Origin: Callorhinchus milii
Lineage: Eukaryota
DNA length: 64,000 nucleotides
Assembly: GCF_018977255.1 (NCBI RefSeq)
Contig: NW_024704742.1
Span: 71,674,001 to 71,738,000 of the forward strand
Reading direction: 5' to 3'
The notes beneath the pieces are model-generated. The model searched no databases and had not been told where the DNA came from. It saw nothing but the letters and a program-made list of their open reading frames with translations. Position numbers and translations under genes: made by a program. This document shows positions 1-12,215 of this stretch, piece after piece (positions within the stretch are counted from its first letter, which is position 1; each line of letters opens with the position of its first letter).

Positions 1-378
1 GTGTGCAGTTTTGGTCTCCTTATTGAAGGAAGGATGTACTTGCCTTGGAGGGAGTGCAGCATAGATTTACTAGGTCAGTACCAGGGATGAAGGGGATGAG
101 TTACGAGGATAGGCTGACCAATTTGGGCCTATATTCTCTCGAACATAGAAGAATTAGAGGGGATCTTATAAAAACCTATAAGATCATCAAAGGGTATGAT
201 AGAGTAGATAGTGGGAGATTGTTTCCCCTGGTTGGAGAAACTAAAACCAGGGGTCAGAACCTTAAAATCAGAGGTCATTAGCTGGAGTTAGATTAGAAGA
301 TCAGCCATGATTGAATGGCGGGGCAGGGTCGAAGGGCCAAATGGCCTACTCCTGCTCCTACATGTTATGTTATGTGAC
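1..378 (+). mobile_element. CR1 LINE 3' end (ORF2 C-terminus plus 3' UTR), internally deleted
   Basis: EGVQHRFTRSVPGMKGMSYEDRL..LGLYSLEHRRIRGDLIKTYKI..KTRG is the CR1 ORF2 C-terminus; ends with gggccaaatggcctactcct and a short tandem tail. Confidence 0.85.
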
Positions 379-908
379 TTGGATTCCTCCCGTTCAGACA
401 TGTCGCACTTTAGCTGCAACGCCATGAGGCAGGGTGTCTTTCCTGGCTGGATTGCGACAATTCCGATTCCTGGCAGGGAATTCCCAGTCCCTTGCAGGAA
501 AGATGGGGGGTTTCCTGCCCCCTCCCCATGACAACATCTAGAGTAACGTCACTCTCTGCAGGTGGCATGAGTCACTCCATTTCTGGGATCTGAGCAGAAC
601 ACAGCTGAGCAGGCAAATCAAGGCTTGTCTCTGACTCTCGCTTGCACTTAGTTCAGATTGAATCATTTCCCAGTTTTCCCCTGGGAGTGAATCCCAGAAA
701 ATTTCACTCCTCTAATGCCATTCTCCTGCTCTCTCTCTCACTCTGTGTCTATCATGTGTGTGTATTGGTGCTTGCTCTGTCACTGGAGCTCTCTATTAAT
801 AGTAATAATAATAATGCTTGCATTTGATATAGAGTCTTATCACATTGTTGCAATGTCTCAAAGCACTTCACAGAATAAGTGGATTGACCACATTTTTGGG
901 GGGAGTGA

Positions 909-1284
909 GTGGAGTCCTGTAGTGTAGTGGTTAGCACGCTCGCATCGCAAGCGAGAGGTTCTGGGCTTGATCCCGGGTGGGGTGAAACTTTAGGTAAGTT
1001 TCCTTAATCCACACGCCTCTGTTTACCTAGCAGTAAGTAGGAACTTGGTTGTTAGTCAATTGGTAGATTGCTTTTCTAGAGGTAATAATTCCTTTTTAAA
1101 AAAAATAATAATTTGGTCACTCAACCCACAACTGTTTGTGGGAAACTGCTGTGCACAATTGGCTGCTGCCATTTGCCCACAAAATATACAGTCAATTCAC
1201 TTTACAGTATATTATGTGAAGCGCTTTGAGATGACTGGAAGACGTGATAAAGCGTTATATCAAATGCAAGGATTATTATTATTA
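909..1284 (+). mobile_element. tRNA-derived SINE with CORE-like centre and L2-type tail (dominant family, dozens of copies in window)
   Basis: A-box/B-box-like head (tagtggttag...gatccc), central ggcaagtttccttactccacacgcctctgtttacctagcag block, tail aagcgctttgaga...aaatgcaagga(tta)n. Other copies at ~3449-3815 (+), 13575-13850 (+), 38910-39260 (+), 58691-58974 (+). Confidence 0.88.
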
Positions 1285-3290
1285 ACTGCTGAAAGCGATC
1301 TGCAAATCTGTCAACCGGGCTCCTACTTACTGGTGGGTAAACAGAAGGCTGTGGAGTGCGGAAATTTGCCTAAGATTTTGCCCTGTGCTGGAATCGAACT
1401 ACATTCCTCTCACTTGCAAGGCCAGTGCTCTAACCAATATGCTACAGGCCTCAAGATCTTAAGTGATTTAACAATCTAGCCCAGCATCTTGTTTGCCTTG
1501 TTAAATATGGACCTCTCTATGAGATGTTTATAAGATAGATAGACAGAGACTTGGGTGGTGGACATGTCAAGGGGTGCGGCAAAAGGACAGAGCATTGGGT
1601 GTAAAAGAACGGCTGAGATATAATAAACCGGCACAACAGGCTGGATGGAGCGGATAACCTCTATCAGTCCCTGTTTACCTCTCAATAAAAGCCTGATTGT
1701 TCTTCAATAACAAAACATTTTTTGTTAAGACATCTGTTAAGAAATGCATCAAAATAGCATTCTGAAACAACGTGAACTAAAGGACTGTTTCAGGGGGTGT
1801 TTTGCGGGGGTGTTTTTTTGTGTGGGGATGGGGCGAGTGTTGAGGAGAATGGGCAGGGATCTGGGGGTTTGGACAGTTGGCCTCTTGGAGGAGCAAACAT
1901 TGACTGAGAATTATTACAGTTCGTAAATTTGATTCAGCACCTCATCACGTCATCAAAACATCTCTGTCGGAAATGCTGTCCTTTTTGGATGAGGCGTTAA
2001 ACCAAGCTCCAGTCTGTGCCCTTTTCAGGTGGATGTTAAAGATCCCACGGCACTGTTGGAAAAGAGAAGGGAGTTTCTCTCTCCTGGTGTCCTGGCCAAC
2101 AATCCTCCAGATACAATCAGTCATTCATTTAACGGCATTGTTGTGTGCAAATTGGCTGCCACCCTCATACAAAAAATACACTGTAAAATGTTACTGTATA
2201 GTGCACTATAGGGCAAAATGCGGCAGCCAATTATGTACAGCAGTGTCCAACAAATAGTCGTGGATTGAGCGACCAAATTGTTATCCTTATTTTTTGCAAG
2301 GGATTATTATCCCCGGAAAAGTGATCCGCCAATCGACTAACAACTGGGTTCCTACTTACCGCTAGGTAAACAGAGGCGTGTGGAGTTAGAAAACTTAACT
2401 AAGGTTTTGCACTGCCCGGGAATCGATTCGGGTCCTCTCCCTTGCGAAGCAAATGCACCAGCCACGAATCCACAGGACTCCACAAAATCCTGTGAAGCGC
2501 TTTGAGGCGTCATCCTTACTTGAAAGGCGCTGTGTCAGATGTGAGGAGCGAGCGGGGTGCAGTTGGAATTATTTGGGAGACTGGATTCCTACCATTCCAC
2601 AGGAGATGGTACAAAACCCAGCTGGAGAATCCAGGTTGCAGTTCAGAATTAGCTAAATTCTGGGAAGTTCTGAAACACTGAGAAAAGAGAGGAAGCTGTC
2701 ATCCCCACCCCTCATGCCCTTGTTGGCAGCAAGCAGGGCGTTGGGATGTTCTTCGAATGACGGGGTGGGGGGGGGGAATTTTGCGATTCTGCAAAGATAT
2801 CCTTAATGATTTGGCAGCTGCTTTTGCAGACACATGGTTCAGAGTGAGGTCAGGCGGAACTTGTTCTCTAGTAAAATTCTGGTTCGTGCAGTCACCGTAT
2901 TTGGGGGGGGGGTGTTGGTGAGGTTAGGAAGGGGGCGGGAAACGACCGCAGTGGATGGTGTGTCAGACGCCTCCCCATCTCCTCATTAGCACGGCTATTT
3001 CCATTCCCACAGAAGCCAGGGTTTTCCGGAAAAGAGGATTCGGCATAAACGCGTGTGAATGTTTCCTGATAAATTTACGAGGGCAAGTGCGGCATCAGGG
3101 CGAGGGCGGGGCCACACCATGGCCGGGGCCACTGTGTGGGCAGGGCCACAGAGTGGACAAGGTCACAACGTGGGTGGGGTCACTTTGCAAGGGCGGGTTT
3201 GGGGTTACGGCCAGGTTCGGGATCAGGGCAGGGGTGAGGTCGGGGCGATCACGACGGGGGTTCACGGTCACCCACCGGCACCCCGAGAGC

Positions 3291-3304
3291 AGGTCAGAGG
3301 GTCA
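3291..3304 (+). promoter_or_regulatory. Candidate DR2 retinoic acid response element in a half-site cluster
   Basis: AGGTCA-ga-GGGTCA, with further half-sites at 3160, 3177 and 3259 in a CpG-rich unique stretch. Confidence 0.45.
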
Positions 3305-6300
3305 ATGGGTGTAAGTATGTGAGAGTGAGTGTGTGGGAGAGAGCAAGAGAGTCCATCTGTGTGTCTATCCAATGCTGGTTCAAAGACCGGCGATCAGCCT
3401 TATCGCTCTCCTCTGTCTCTAACACTGGGATCAGGACAAAGTTAGAGCGTGGAGTCCTGTAGCGTATTGCTTAGAGCACTTGTCTCACAAGTGAGAGGAC
3501 CTGGGTTCGATTCCCGGGCGGGGCGAAACCTTAGGCAAGTTTCCTTACTCCACACATCTGTTTCCCGAGCAGTAAGTAGGACCCCAGTTGTTATTTGATT
3601 GGCGGATCGCTTTCCCTCCAAAAAATATGATAACAATAATTTGGTCACTCAATCTATGGGACATTGCTGTGTGCGATTGGCTGCAGTGTTTCGCCCACAA
3701 AAATGTACGAATCAATTCACTTTACAGTATATTCTGTGAAGCGCTTTGAGACGCCTCGAAGACGTGATAAGGGGCTATATCAAATGCAACAATTATTATT
3801 GTTATTATTATTATTGCAACATTGGGAATCAGCCTCGTTGCTCTCCTCTGACTCTACCCCCGGGGTTAAGCCTGTGTTCGATGGCTGTGTTTTTGCCTGG
3901 TGTGAGCAATTGGTGTGAGTTGAAAGTGTAAGAGGTTGTGTGATGGCTGCTGGTTTTGGCCAGGCTCCAACAATTGGCAATTTAGCGTGGAAACCTACAG
4001 GAAATAGAGCTGTGAGACATCTGCACAACACATTCCCAGTTCAGGGGATTTTACGTCCTAGTTCCTCCCCCTCCCACCTACGCTGCAATGCCCTTTCACA
4101 CATTGGCACCAACACAAGTTTACAGGCGTGTTTACTGAGAACGAGCGAACGAGCGAGACCGAGCAGCGTTCCGGCTAACTTTGGGTTTTCCAACTCCCAA
4201 TTCCCACTGATGTCTTGATTAAAGTGCAATAAGATGCCATTCCCCATCCATGCTGGTACTCGCTCCCCTATTGGAGCTCTTTACTCTAATCCCATTCCCT
4301 GCTCTCTCCCCATCGTTTCTGTCCTGGTGCTCGCTCCTCCACTGGGACTCTCTACTCTAATCCCATTCCCTGCCCTTTCCCTGGAACCTTTTATATGTTT
4401 ACTCTATAAATCCTTTAAAATATTCTGCATTCAGCCTCAACAATCTCTTTTGGAAAACAATCCAAATTCTAAGAAGCCTCCATAAAAATCTTCCCACCTC
4501 CCCTTTAACTCTTCCGGTGTCAATCCAGAGTTTATGAACCCTGATATTTCTTTCGTGAGAAAGCTTGACACCGATATCCACACCAGTCCTAACATAAACC
4601 AGCCCAGGCTGACACTCCAGTGCAGTACTGAGGGGAGTGCTGCATTTTTGGAGATGGCGTCCTTCAGATAAGACATTAAAGCTAAGTTCCGTCTGTGCCT
4701 GTTCAAGTGGGTGTTAAAGATCCTGCATCGCTGTAGGAAAAGAAAAGGAAGTTTCTTTCTCCCGGTGTCCTGACCAACAATCCCCCAGATAAAACCGATC
4801 GTTCACATCACGGCTGTTTGTGGGGGGTTGCAGTGGTCAAAATGTCCATCACATAAGCATACAAAAAAAAAGCCTACAATAACTGCAGCGACAACTTGCA
4901 TTTATATAGCGCCCTCAATCAGGGTGGATTGAGCGCTTGACAGAGGCAGAGCACGATGCCAAGCAGGGGAGATGGGGGAGGTGACTGTACACACGGTCGA
5001 AGAGGAAGATCTTCAGGTGTGACCTGAAGTTGGGGAAGGAGGGGGCAAGGCGGAGGGATTGAGGGAGAGTGTTCCAGAGTTTTGGGGCATAGTGTTTGAC
5101 AGCTCAGTCGCTGATGGCACAAGAGGGCACAAAGGACAAGCAGGAGGACGGAGCCAGTCGAGTTGCGGCAGTGGGTAGTGGAGTGGGGAGCAATCAGGTC
5201 AGAGAGGTAGGGAGGTGCCAGGGCATGAAGGGATTTGAAGACAAGTGTGAAGATGTTGAAATCAAAAGTACACTGGATCGTGAGTGCTGTTAGGAATTCT
5301 CTGCGACGTGGGAGCAAAGGCTGAGTGCAATTGTGCCACGTTGTGTGTCACACTCCTTCCCTTCCCTCCTCCTCTTTCTTTCTCTCCCTCTCTCTCTTAC
5401 TCTCTTTCTCTCGCTCCTTCCCACTCTCCATGCCAGCTCTCTCTCTCGCTCGCTCTTTCTCTCTCTGCCAAAGACAGCAAACCCGAGCTCAGCTCCGAAT
5501 GAAACCTCTCAGGAAAGAATCAAGACTGGGGTCTTATTCCAAAGAGGAAAAAAATAGTTATAGTTATATATATATACATAGTGTGTAAATACAAAAAGTA
5601 AAATTAGGTTTTTTGGAACGTTGTGACTTTGGAACGAGAAGTTTAACAGGAGCCCATGAAACAGCCACAGATATTTCCTCTACTCCAAGTGGAAACGCTC
5701 CCCCCCTCCTCCCCCCTCCCCCCCCCCCCCCACCACTCACCACAGACGGCCCTAATCACAACCATAACACTCAGGGAGACTGCGGTCTGTACTGGCACAG
5801 TGCAACGCACCCTGGGTTGTGTTTCGCTCCTTAACCCTTCCAGTGCCAAACAAACTCAGTTTCCCCACCCTCAGGTGCGAACAACAACAAACAAAATGTA
5901 TATTTTGTTCTGCCCACAAAATGCAGTCCATTCATTTTACAGTATATTCTGGGCAGTGTAGTGTTTTGTAGGCAACTGTGGCATTCAATAAGCACACAGC
6001 AATGTTCCGCAAGCAGCCATGAAGTGAGCGAGTGATTTTATCTGGGGATTGTCGGTCAGGACACTGGGAGAGAGATTCTCCCTTTTCTTTTCCCACAGCG
6101 CCACTAGATCTTGAACATCCACCTGAACAGGGCACAGGCGGAAGCTTAGTTTAACATCTCATCTGAAGGATGACGCCTCCAACAATACAGAGCTCCCCCC
6201 AGGACTGCATTGGTACTGTTAGCCGGGACTGTGAGCTCAGAGTCCCAGACTTGAGAGGGTTGAACCCATGACCTCCTGACCAGAGATGAGAGGGTGAGTG

Positions 6301-6324
6301 GCTGAACCCGGCTGACGCTGTGCA

Positions 6325-6552
6325 TGTGTGTGTTTATGTCACGCACATGTGTGTGTGTGTGTGTGTGCGCGTGTGTGTGCATGTGAGTGTGTGTGTCTGT
6401 GAGTGTGTGTGTGAGTGTGTGTAAGTGAATGTGTGTGCAAATGAGAGTGTGTGTGTCAGTGTGTGTGTGAGTGCATGTGTATGAGTGTGTGTGTGTGAGT
6501 GTATGTGTGGGGGGGGGTGTGTGTCAATACGTGTGTGAGTGTGTGTGTGTGT
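6325..6552 (+). repeat. Imperfect (GT)n microsatellite
   Basis: Direct inspection; similar tracts at ~12890-13070, 17470-17870 (CA), 60515-60792, 62420-62690. Confidence 0.95.
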
Positions 6553-6593
6553 CAGTACACTGCTCCTCGGCTTGCGCTTGGCTTACAGTGAAC

Positions 6594-6610
6594 TGACCTT
6601 GGGGTGAACC
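6594..6610 (-). promoter_or_regulatory. Candidate DR5 retinoic acid response element
   Basis: GGTTCA-cccca-AGGTCA on the minus strand, a perfect RGKTCA-n5-RGKTCA in non-repeat sequence, with an overlapping extra AGTTCA half-site. Confidence 0.55.
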
Positions 6611-6924
6611 CAGCTGCAGATCGGGGCGAAGATTGAGTCACAGGCTGTGCACATGTGGTAACCTGGCACGTCGCCAGGACATTGCTGCCTATACAGTTCT
6701 TCTTGTTCAACAGAAAATTCAACTGAGATTCCTCCAAAACTCCCAGCGCGCCAGAGCCGCCAACTCCAACTAGCCCTGACCCTGACCTGACCCGCTTAAC
6801 ACCAGCAGGTCAGGAGGACAGTTAGTTGGCGTTCAAGGGTGACTCCTACTCACAGGTGGGGTAACCTTAAAGACACCAGTCAGTGGGCAGGTATCTCCCA
6901 CCAGTCAGAAACTCATCAAAATGG

Positions 6925-7335
6925 GGGAAGGTATTGTGGGTGCCTCAGGGGGTCCGTACTGGGGCCCCTCCTGCACTTGGTATATGTGAATGACCTGGAT
7001 TCACTGACCCAGTGTAAGACAGTTACACTTGCAGATGACACCAAGTCGGGGGGTTACAGTGGAATCAGAGGAGGCAGCAAAGGCCCTACAAAGAGAGCCT
7101 GATAGGGTGTGTGCACATGGGCTGATAACTGGCAAATGAAGTTTAATACTAATAAATGTAAGGCACTACGTATAGGATCCAAGAATAGGAAACACAAATA
7201 CTCCACGAATGGGACAGAACTTGCCAAGGAGGAGCTGAGAGAGATCGCGAGGTGTTAGTTGACTCGTCCCTCACTATGTCACACAGTGTGAGGCAGCAAT
7301 AAACAAGGCAAACAGGACGCTAGATTGTCAATCAT
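6925..7335 (+). mobile_element. CR1 LINE reverse transcriptase fragment (degenerate)
   Basis: [20 protein letters not shown]...WQMKFN..KC motifs with frameshifts. Confidence 0.8.
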
Positions 7336-7472
7336 GTGAGTTCAGATCCCCAGACGTCACACTGGACAGGGCTCGGGTCAGACCCCACCTTGAACACTGC
7401 AGACAGTCCTGGTCACTGTGACATAAGGGGCTGCTCAGGCCCTAGAGACAGTGCAGAGGAGAGCAACGAGGC

Positions 7473-7559
<87 letters not shown>
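7473..7559 (+). repeat. (AAT)n microsatellite
   Basis: About 28-29 perfect AAT units. Confidence 0.98.
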
Positions 7560-7560
<1 letters not shown>

Positions 7561-7561
<1 letters not shown>

Positions 7562-8160
7562 TAATCATTGGAACAACTGGGATTGTTAATAAAACAATTT
7601 AATGGTGGCTTGACAAAATACCTGGTGAACAAAATACCAACGTCCTGCAAAAAGCAGCTATATTAGGAATAATAATATATAATAATAATCCTTGCATTTG
7701 ATATAGCACCTTATCACGTGTTCGAGACGTCGCAAAGCACTTCACAGAATATACCATCAAGTGAACTGACTGTATATTTTATGGGTGAAACGCGGCAGCC
7801 AAATGCACACAGCAGTGTCCCACAAACAGTCGTGGATTGAGTGACCAAATTAATATTTTTTTTGTTTGAAGGGATTATTATGCCTACAAAAGTGATCAGC
7901 CAATCGACAAACAACTAGGTGCCTACTTACTGATGGGTAAACAGAGGCGTGTGGATTAAGGAAACTTGCTCAACGTTTCGCCCTGCCAGGAAATCAAACC
8001 CAGGTCCTCTCATTTGCGAGGCGAGTGCTCTAACCACTGAGCTACACGACGCTACATAATGAAATATAATCAAATATATTAAGAAAAGTAAGCTGCATTA
8101 ATATGTAACATGGCAGTGATATTGGTCTGGCTGCCCATCACTGAAAAACACTTAGAAACG
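7561..8160 (+). mobile_element. Dong/R4-clade non-LTR retrotransposon 3' fragment (RLE endonuclease C-terminus), split by a SINE
   Basis: 7561-7668 reads LIIGTTGIVNKTI*WWLDKIPGEQNTNVLQKAAILG. After the SINE, 8070 onward reads SNILRKV. This matches the IIG.G...IPG...LQK.A.LGT..ILRKV C-terminal pattern of R4/Dong elements; it abuts a long (AAT)n tract. Confidence 0.65.
7669..8055 (-). mobile_element. tRNA-derived SINE, full length, inserted into a Dong/R4-like fragment
   Basis: Same head, body and (TTA)n tail as the dominant family, reverse orientation. Confidence 0.85.
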
Positions 8161-9074
8161 TTGGACAAGTTTCCTTACTCCACACACCTCTGTTTACCTA
8201 GCAGTAAGTAGGAACCCGGTTGTTAGTCGATTGGCTGATCGCTTTTCTTGGAGTAAAAATCTCTTCAAAAAAAATAATAATTTGGTCAGTTAATCCACTA
8301 CTGTTTGTGGAACACTGCTGTGCACAATTGGCTGCTGCGATTCACCCACAACAACAACCACAATAACAACTTGGATTTATATAGCGCCCTCCACCCGGAT
8401 GGCGTCTCAGAGCACTTAAAGCGCCACAGAATATACAGTCAATTTACTTTACCCTATATTCTCTTTAGCACTTTGCTATATCTCGAAGACATGTTAAGGC
8501 GCTATATCAAATGCAAGGATTATTATTATATGATAGAAATTACCTTTGCAGAGTGATTTAAACTGTAATAACTTAATAATAATAAAAATAACAATCCTTG
8601 CATTTGAGCCAGGGTCTTATCACTTCATTGAGACTTCTCAAAGCGCTTTATAGGATATACTGTAGAGTGATTTGACTATATATTTTGTGGGTTAAATTGA
8701 TCCCCAGAGGAATGATAATAATAATCCTGGCATTTGATATAGCACTTTTCACGTCTTCTCGATGTCTCAAAGCGCTTCACAGAATAGACTGAAAAGTGAA
8801 GTATATTTGTGGAACGCGGCAGCCAATTGCACACAGCAGTGCCCCACAAACAGTCGTGGATTGAAAATGACCAATTTATTATTGTTTTGTTTTGGAGGGA
8901 TTATTATTAGGCGTGTGGAGTAAGGATACTTGCCCAAGGTTTCGCCCTGCCTGGAATGAGCTCTGAGCAATGAGTAGACAAGATCGGGCTCTTCAGTCTT
9001 GAGACAAGATAACTCAGAGGGGCCTTATAGAAGTGTGTAATACTATAAATGAGATTGAAAAAGTAAACCCAGAT

Positions 9075-10228
9075 CAACAACGACAACCTGCTCTTATATA
9101 GCACCCTCCACACAGGGTAGCGTCTCAGAGCGCTTAACAGTGTCGGAGCCTGACTCTGACCCGGGGGGGAGTGGGAGTGGCCGTAAGCATGGTCGAAGAG
9201 GAAGTTATTCAGGCGGGACTTAAAATAGGGGAGAGAGGGGGCAAGGCAGAGGGTTTGAGGAAGAGGGTTCCAGAGTTTTGGGGCGTAGTGGTGAAAGCAC
9301 GACCGCGGATGGTGGGGCGGAGGGTGCGAGGGATGAAGAGGTGCCAGTCGAGCGGAGGCACCGGGTGGTGGATTGGGGAGTGAGGAGAGGTAGGGAGGTG
9401 CCAAGGAGTGAAGTGATTTGAACACAAGTGTGAGGATCTTGAAGTTGATCCGTTTGGTGATGGGGAGCCAGTGGAGCCTGGCCAGAACTGGTGATGTGAG
9501 TACGGAGTTTGGTCCGGGCGAGTATGCGGGTGGCAGAGTTTTGAATGAGCTGGATCTTTTGAATAGTGGAACTGAGGAGACCCACGAGGAGTATGTTTGA
9601 GTAATCCAGGGGGTGGTGAAAAACGCACACACAAGGGTTTCGGCTGCATTTGGGGTAAGGGACAGTCGGATACGGGCAATATAGCTGAGGTAGAAGAAGG
9701 CAATGCCGGTCAGGGACCGGATGTAGGGGAGGAAGGACAGCTGGGGGTTGAATTGGATGCCTAGGTTGTGCACTGGTTCGGTGAGTCTGAGGGAGAGCCC
9801 AGGGAGGTTGAGGAGTTTAGATCCACAGGAGTGAAGACATTGATGGGAGCCAAAGAGTATGGCTTCTGTCTTGTCCATATTCAACTGCAAGAAGTTTGCC
9901 CTCATCAAGGCCTTGACATCTGCCAGACAAGCTGATAGGTCATTGGTGGACCTAGAGTTGGTACTGGAGGAGGCAAAGTAGATTTGTGTGTCATCTACAT
10001 ACATGTGGAAGTTTGAGGGCCAAAGATGGAGGAAAAGATGAGGGCCAAAGATGGAGCCCTGGGGTATCCCGCAGGTAACCAGGCAGGGGCAGGAGGAGAA
10101 ACCATTTGCCGAGATGAAATGGAGGCAGTTGGTTGAGTAGAATTCAAACCATGCGAGTGTGGTCCCACTAAGGTGGATGAGGGAGGAGAGGCGGTGGAGG
10201 ATGGCCTGGTCGACTGTGTCAATAAAGG
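9075..10228 (-). mobile_element. L2-clade LINE, 5'-truncated (RT domain to 3' tail)
   Basis: ORF 8907-10232: FIDTVDQAILHRL..GIPQGSIFGP..HMYVDDTQIY..NFLQLNMDKTE..LHWLPITKRINFKIL..; tail stem-loop and (GTT)n. Confidence 0.9.
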
Positions 10229-11829
10229 ACAATAATAATAATAATCCTCACATTTGATATAGTGCTTTTCACATCTTCTAAACATCTCAAATCACTTCAC
10301 AGAATAGACTGTAAAGTAAATTGACTGTATATCTGTGGACGAAACGCGGCAGCCAATTGCACACAGCAGTGTCCCACAAACAGTCGTGGATTGAAGTGAC
10401 CAATTTTATTATTGTTTTTTTTTCTTGAGGGATTATTATCAGGCATGTGGAATAAGGAAACTTGCCCATGGTTTCACCTCACCAGGAATCGAACCCAGTG
10501 GAATGGAACAATGGAACAAGAGGACACAGGTTTAGAGATGCAAAGGGGAAATTTCAGGACAGACACCAGGAAGTGTTTCTTTAACCAGTGGGTAATTAAC
10601 GACTGGAACAGGGTTACCAGTAAGTGGGGGTTGAGGCCAGGACACTGGGACTCGTTTACAAAGCAGCTCAATGCTGTGATGGGAAACAGTAGGTGGGTGT
10701 CCTAGAAGAAGATCAGATAAGCAGAAATGCTCTTGTCAACTGAACTTGTAATCTTGTGTGCAGATATTTCACAAAGGGTTAGGATAACTGGGAGACACCA
10801 ATCAGTATGATTCATTGCTCTCCTCTATCTCTAACACTGGGATCAGCCTCGCTGCTCTCCTCTGTCTCTAACACTGTTCAGCCTCATCTCTGTCCTGGGA
10901 CCAGTGTAATCATTGTGTTTCTGCTTGTGCTGGGCTAAGGAAGATAGACACAGACGGTCTGTATTTTGTGGTGATACAATCTGTGTTGAGTTACCAGTGA
11001 TTGATGGAGAAGTCAGTTAATGAAAGAGGATGAGGCTGGAGACCAGAATCTGCTGGTACACGCCGATCCTTCTCTGTATCATCAAAGAAAGGCCTTGAGT
11101 TCCGTGTCAGCCCCGCTCAGTTGCTCCTGCTCTCGCCTCCAAGTCAGGAGGTCATGGGTTCGAGCCCCTCACGTTTTGATTTTACAATCCAGGTTGACAC
11201 CCCAGAATTATTATAATAATAATAATCCTTGCATTTGATACAGAGCCTTATCATATTATTGAGACATCTCAAAGCGCTTCACAGAATATACTGTAAAGTG
11301 AAATGACTGTGTATTTTATCGGTGAAATGCGGCAGTCAGTTGAGCACAGCAGTGTCCCACAAACAGTCGTGGGTTGAGCTTCTGAGTGACATAAGAGGTT
11401 GCTCAAGCCCTGGAGACCATGCAGAGGAGAGCAATAAGGCTGATCCCAGTGTTAGAGGCACGAGCTGTGAGCAACGATTAGACAAACTCAGGCTCTTCAA
11501 TCTGGAGAGAAGTGCAGCAGTGAAATAAAATTTTTAATGGGATTGAAAAACTAAACGCAGATCAATATTTTCAAATGCCTGATGACAGTAGAGCAAGAGG
11601 ACACAGGTTTATAGGTGTGAAGGGCAATTTCAGGACAGACACCAGGAAATGTTTCTTTGCCCAGAGGGTAATTAATGACTTGAACAGGAAGGATGGTTGA
11701 GGCCAGGGACTCATCTAATAAGAATCGCGATACTGTGATGGTGGAAGGTTAAGGGTGGGTGTTCTGGAGGGAGGAGATCAGATAGGTTGAAGGGTCTTCT
11801 TCATCCAACCCAACTTTATGATCAAGCCC

Positions 11830-12215
11830 AACTTCGGGAATTTTGAGCTCACACTCTAGGCTCACACTACATTTCATTGCTGGGTGGAGCGCTGCGTTGT
11901 CAGAGATGATATCCTTCGGATGAGAAGTTAAACCGAGGTCCTGTCTGCCCTGTCCAGTTGGGTGTTAAAGATCCCGCAGCGCTGTTGGAAAAGAGAAGGG
12001 AGTTTCTGTCTCCCGGTGTCCTGGCCAACAATTCCCCAGATAAAATCGGTCATTCAAGTCACGGCTGTTTGTGGGATATCACTTTGTGCAAATTGGCTGC
12101 TACATTTGTGTACGAAACGCACAGTCACTACACTATACAGTAAAATCCTGTGAAGCATTTTGCGATGTCCTCCCAAATGAAAGGTGTGGTGTCAGATATA
12201 AGGGTTGTTATTATT
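11830..12215 (+). mobile_element. DeuSINE-type SINE (second family)
   Basis: Deu-domain-like core ccttcggatgag..ttaaaccgaggtcc...ttaaagatccc...ggtgtcctggccaa, as in AmnSINE1/SacSINE1. Other copies at ~1960-2175, 4600-4850, 5990-6290 (-), 13850-14185 (-), 32760-32985 (-), 36900-37330 (-), 53195-53560, 57590-57960 (-). Confidence 0.8.

Noticed and set aside
7336..7602. ORF with poly-asparagine run
   Set aside because: Translation of an (AAT)n microsatellite joined to retroelement fragments.
8907..10232. 441-aa ORF as a host gene or active retroelement
   Set aside because: Degenerate L2 reverse transcriptase region with deletions and compensating frameshifts.
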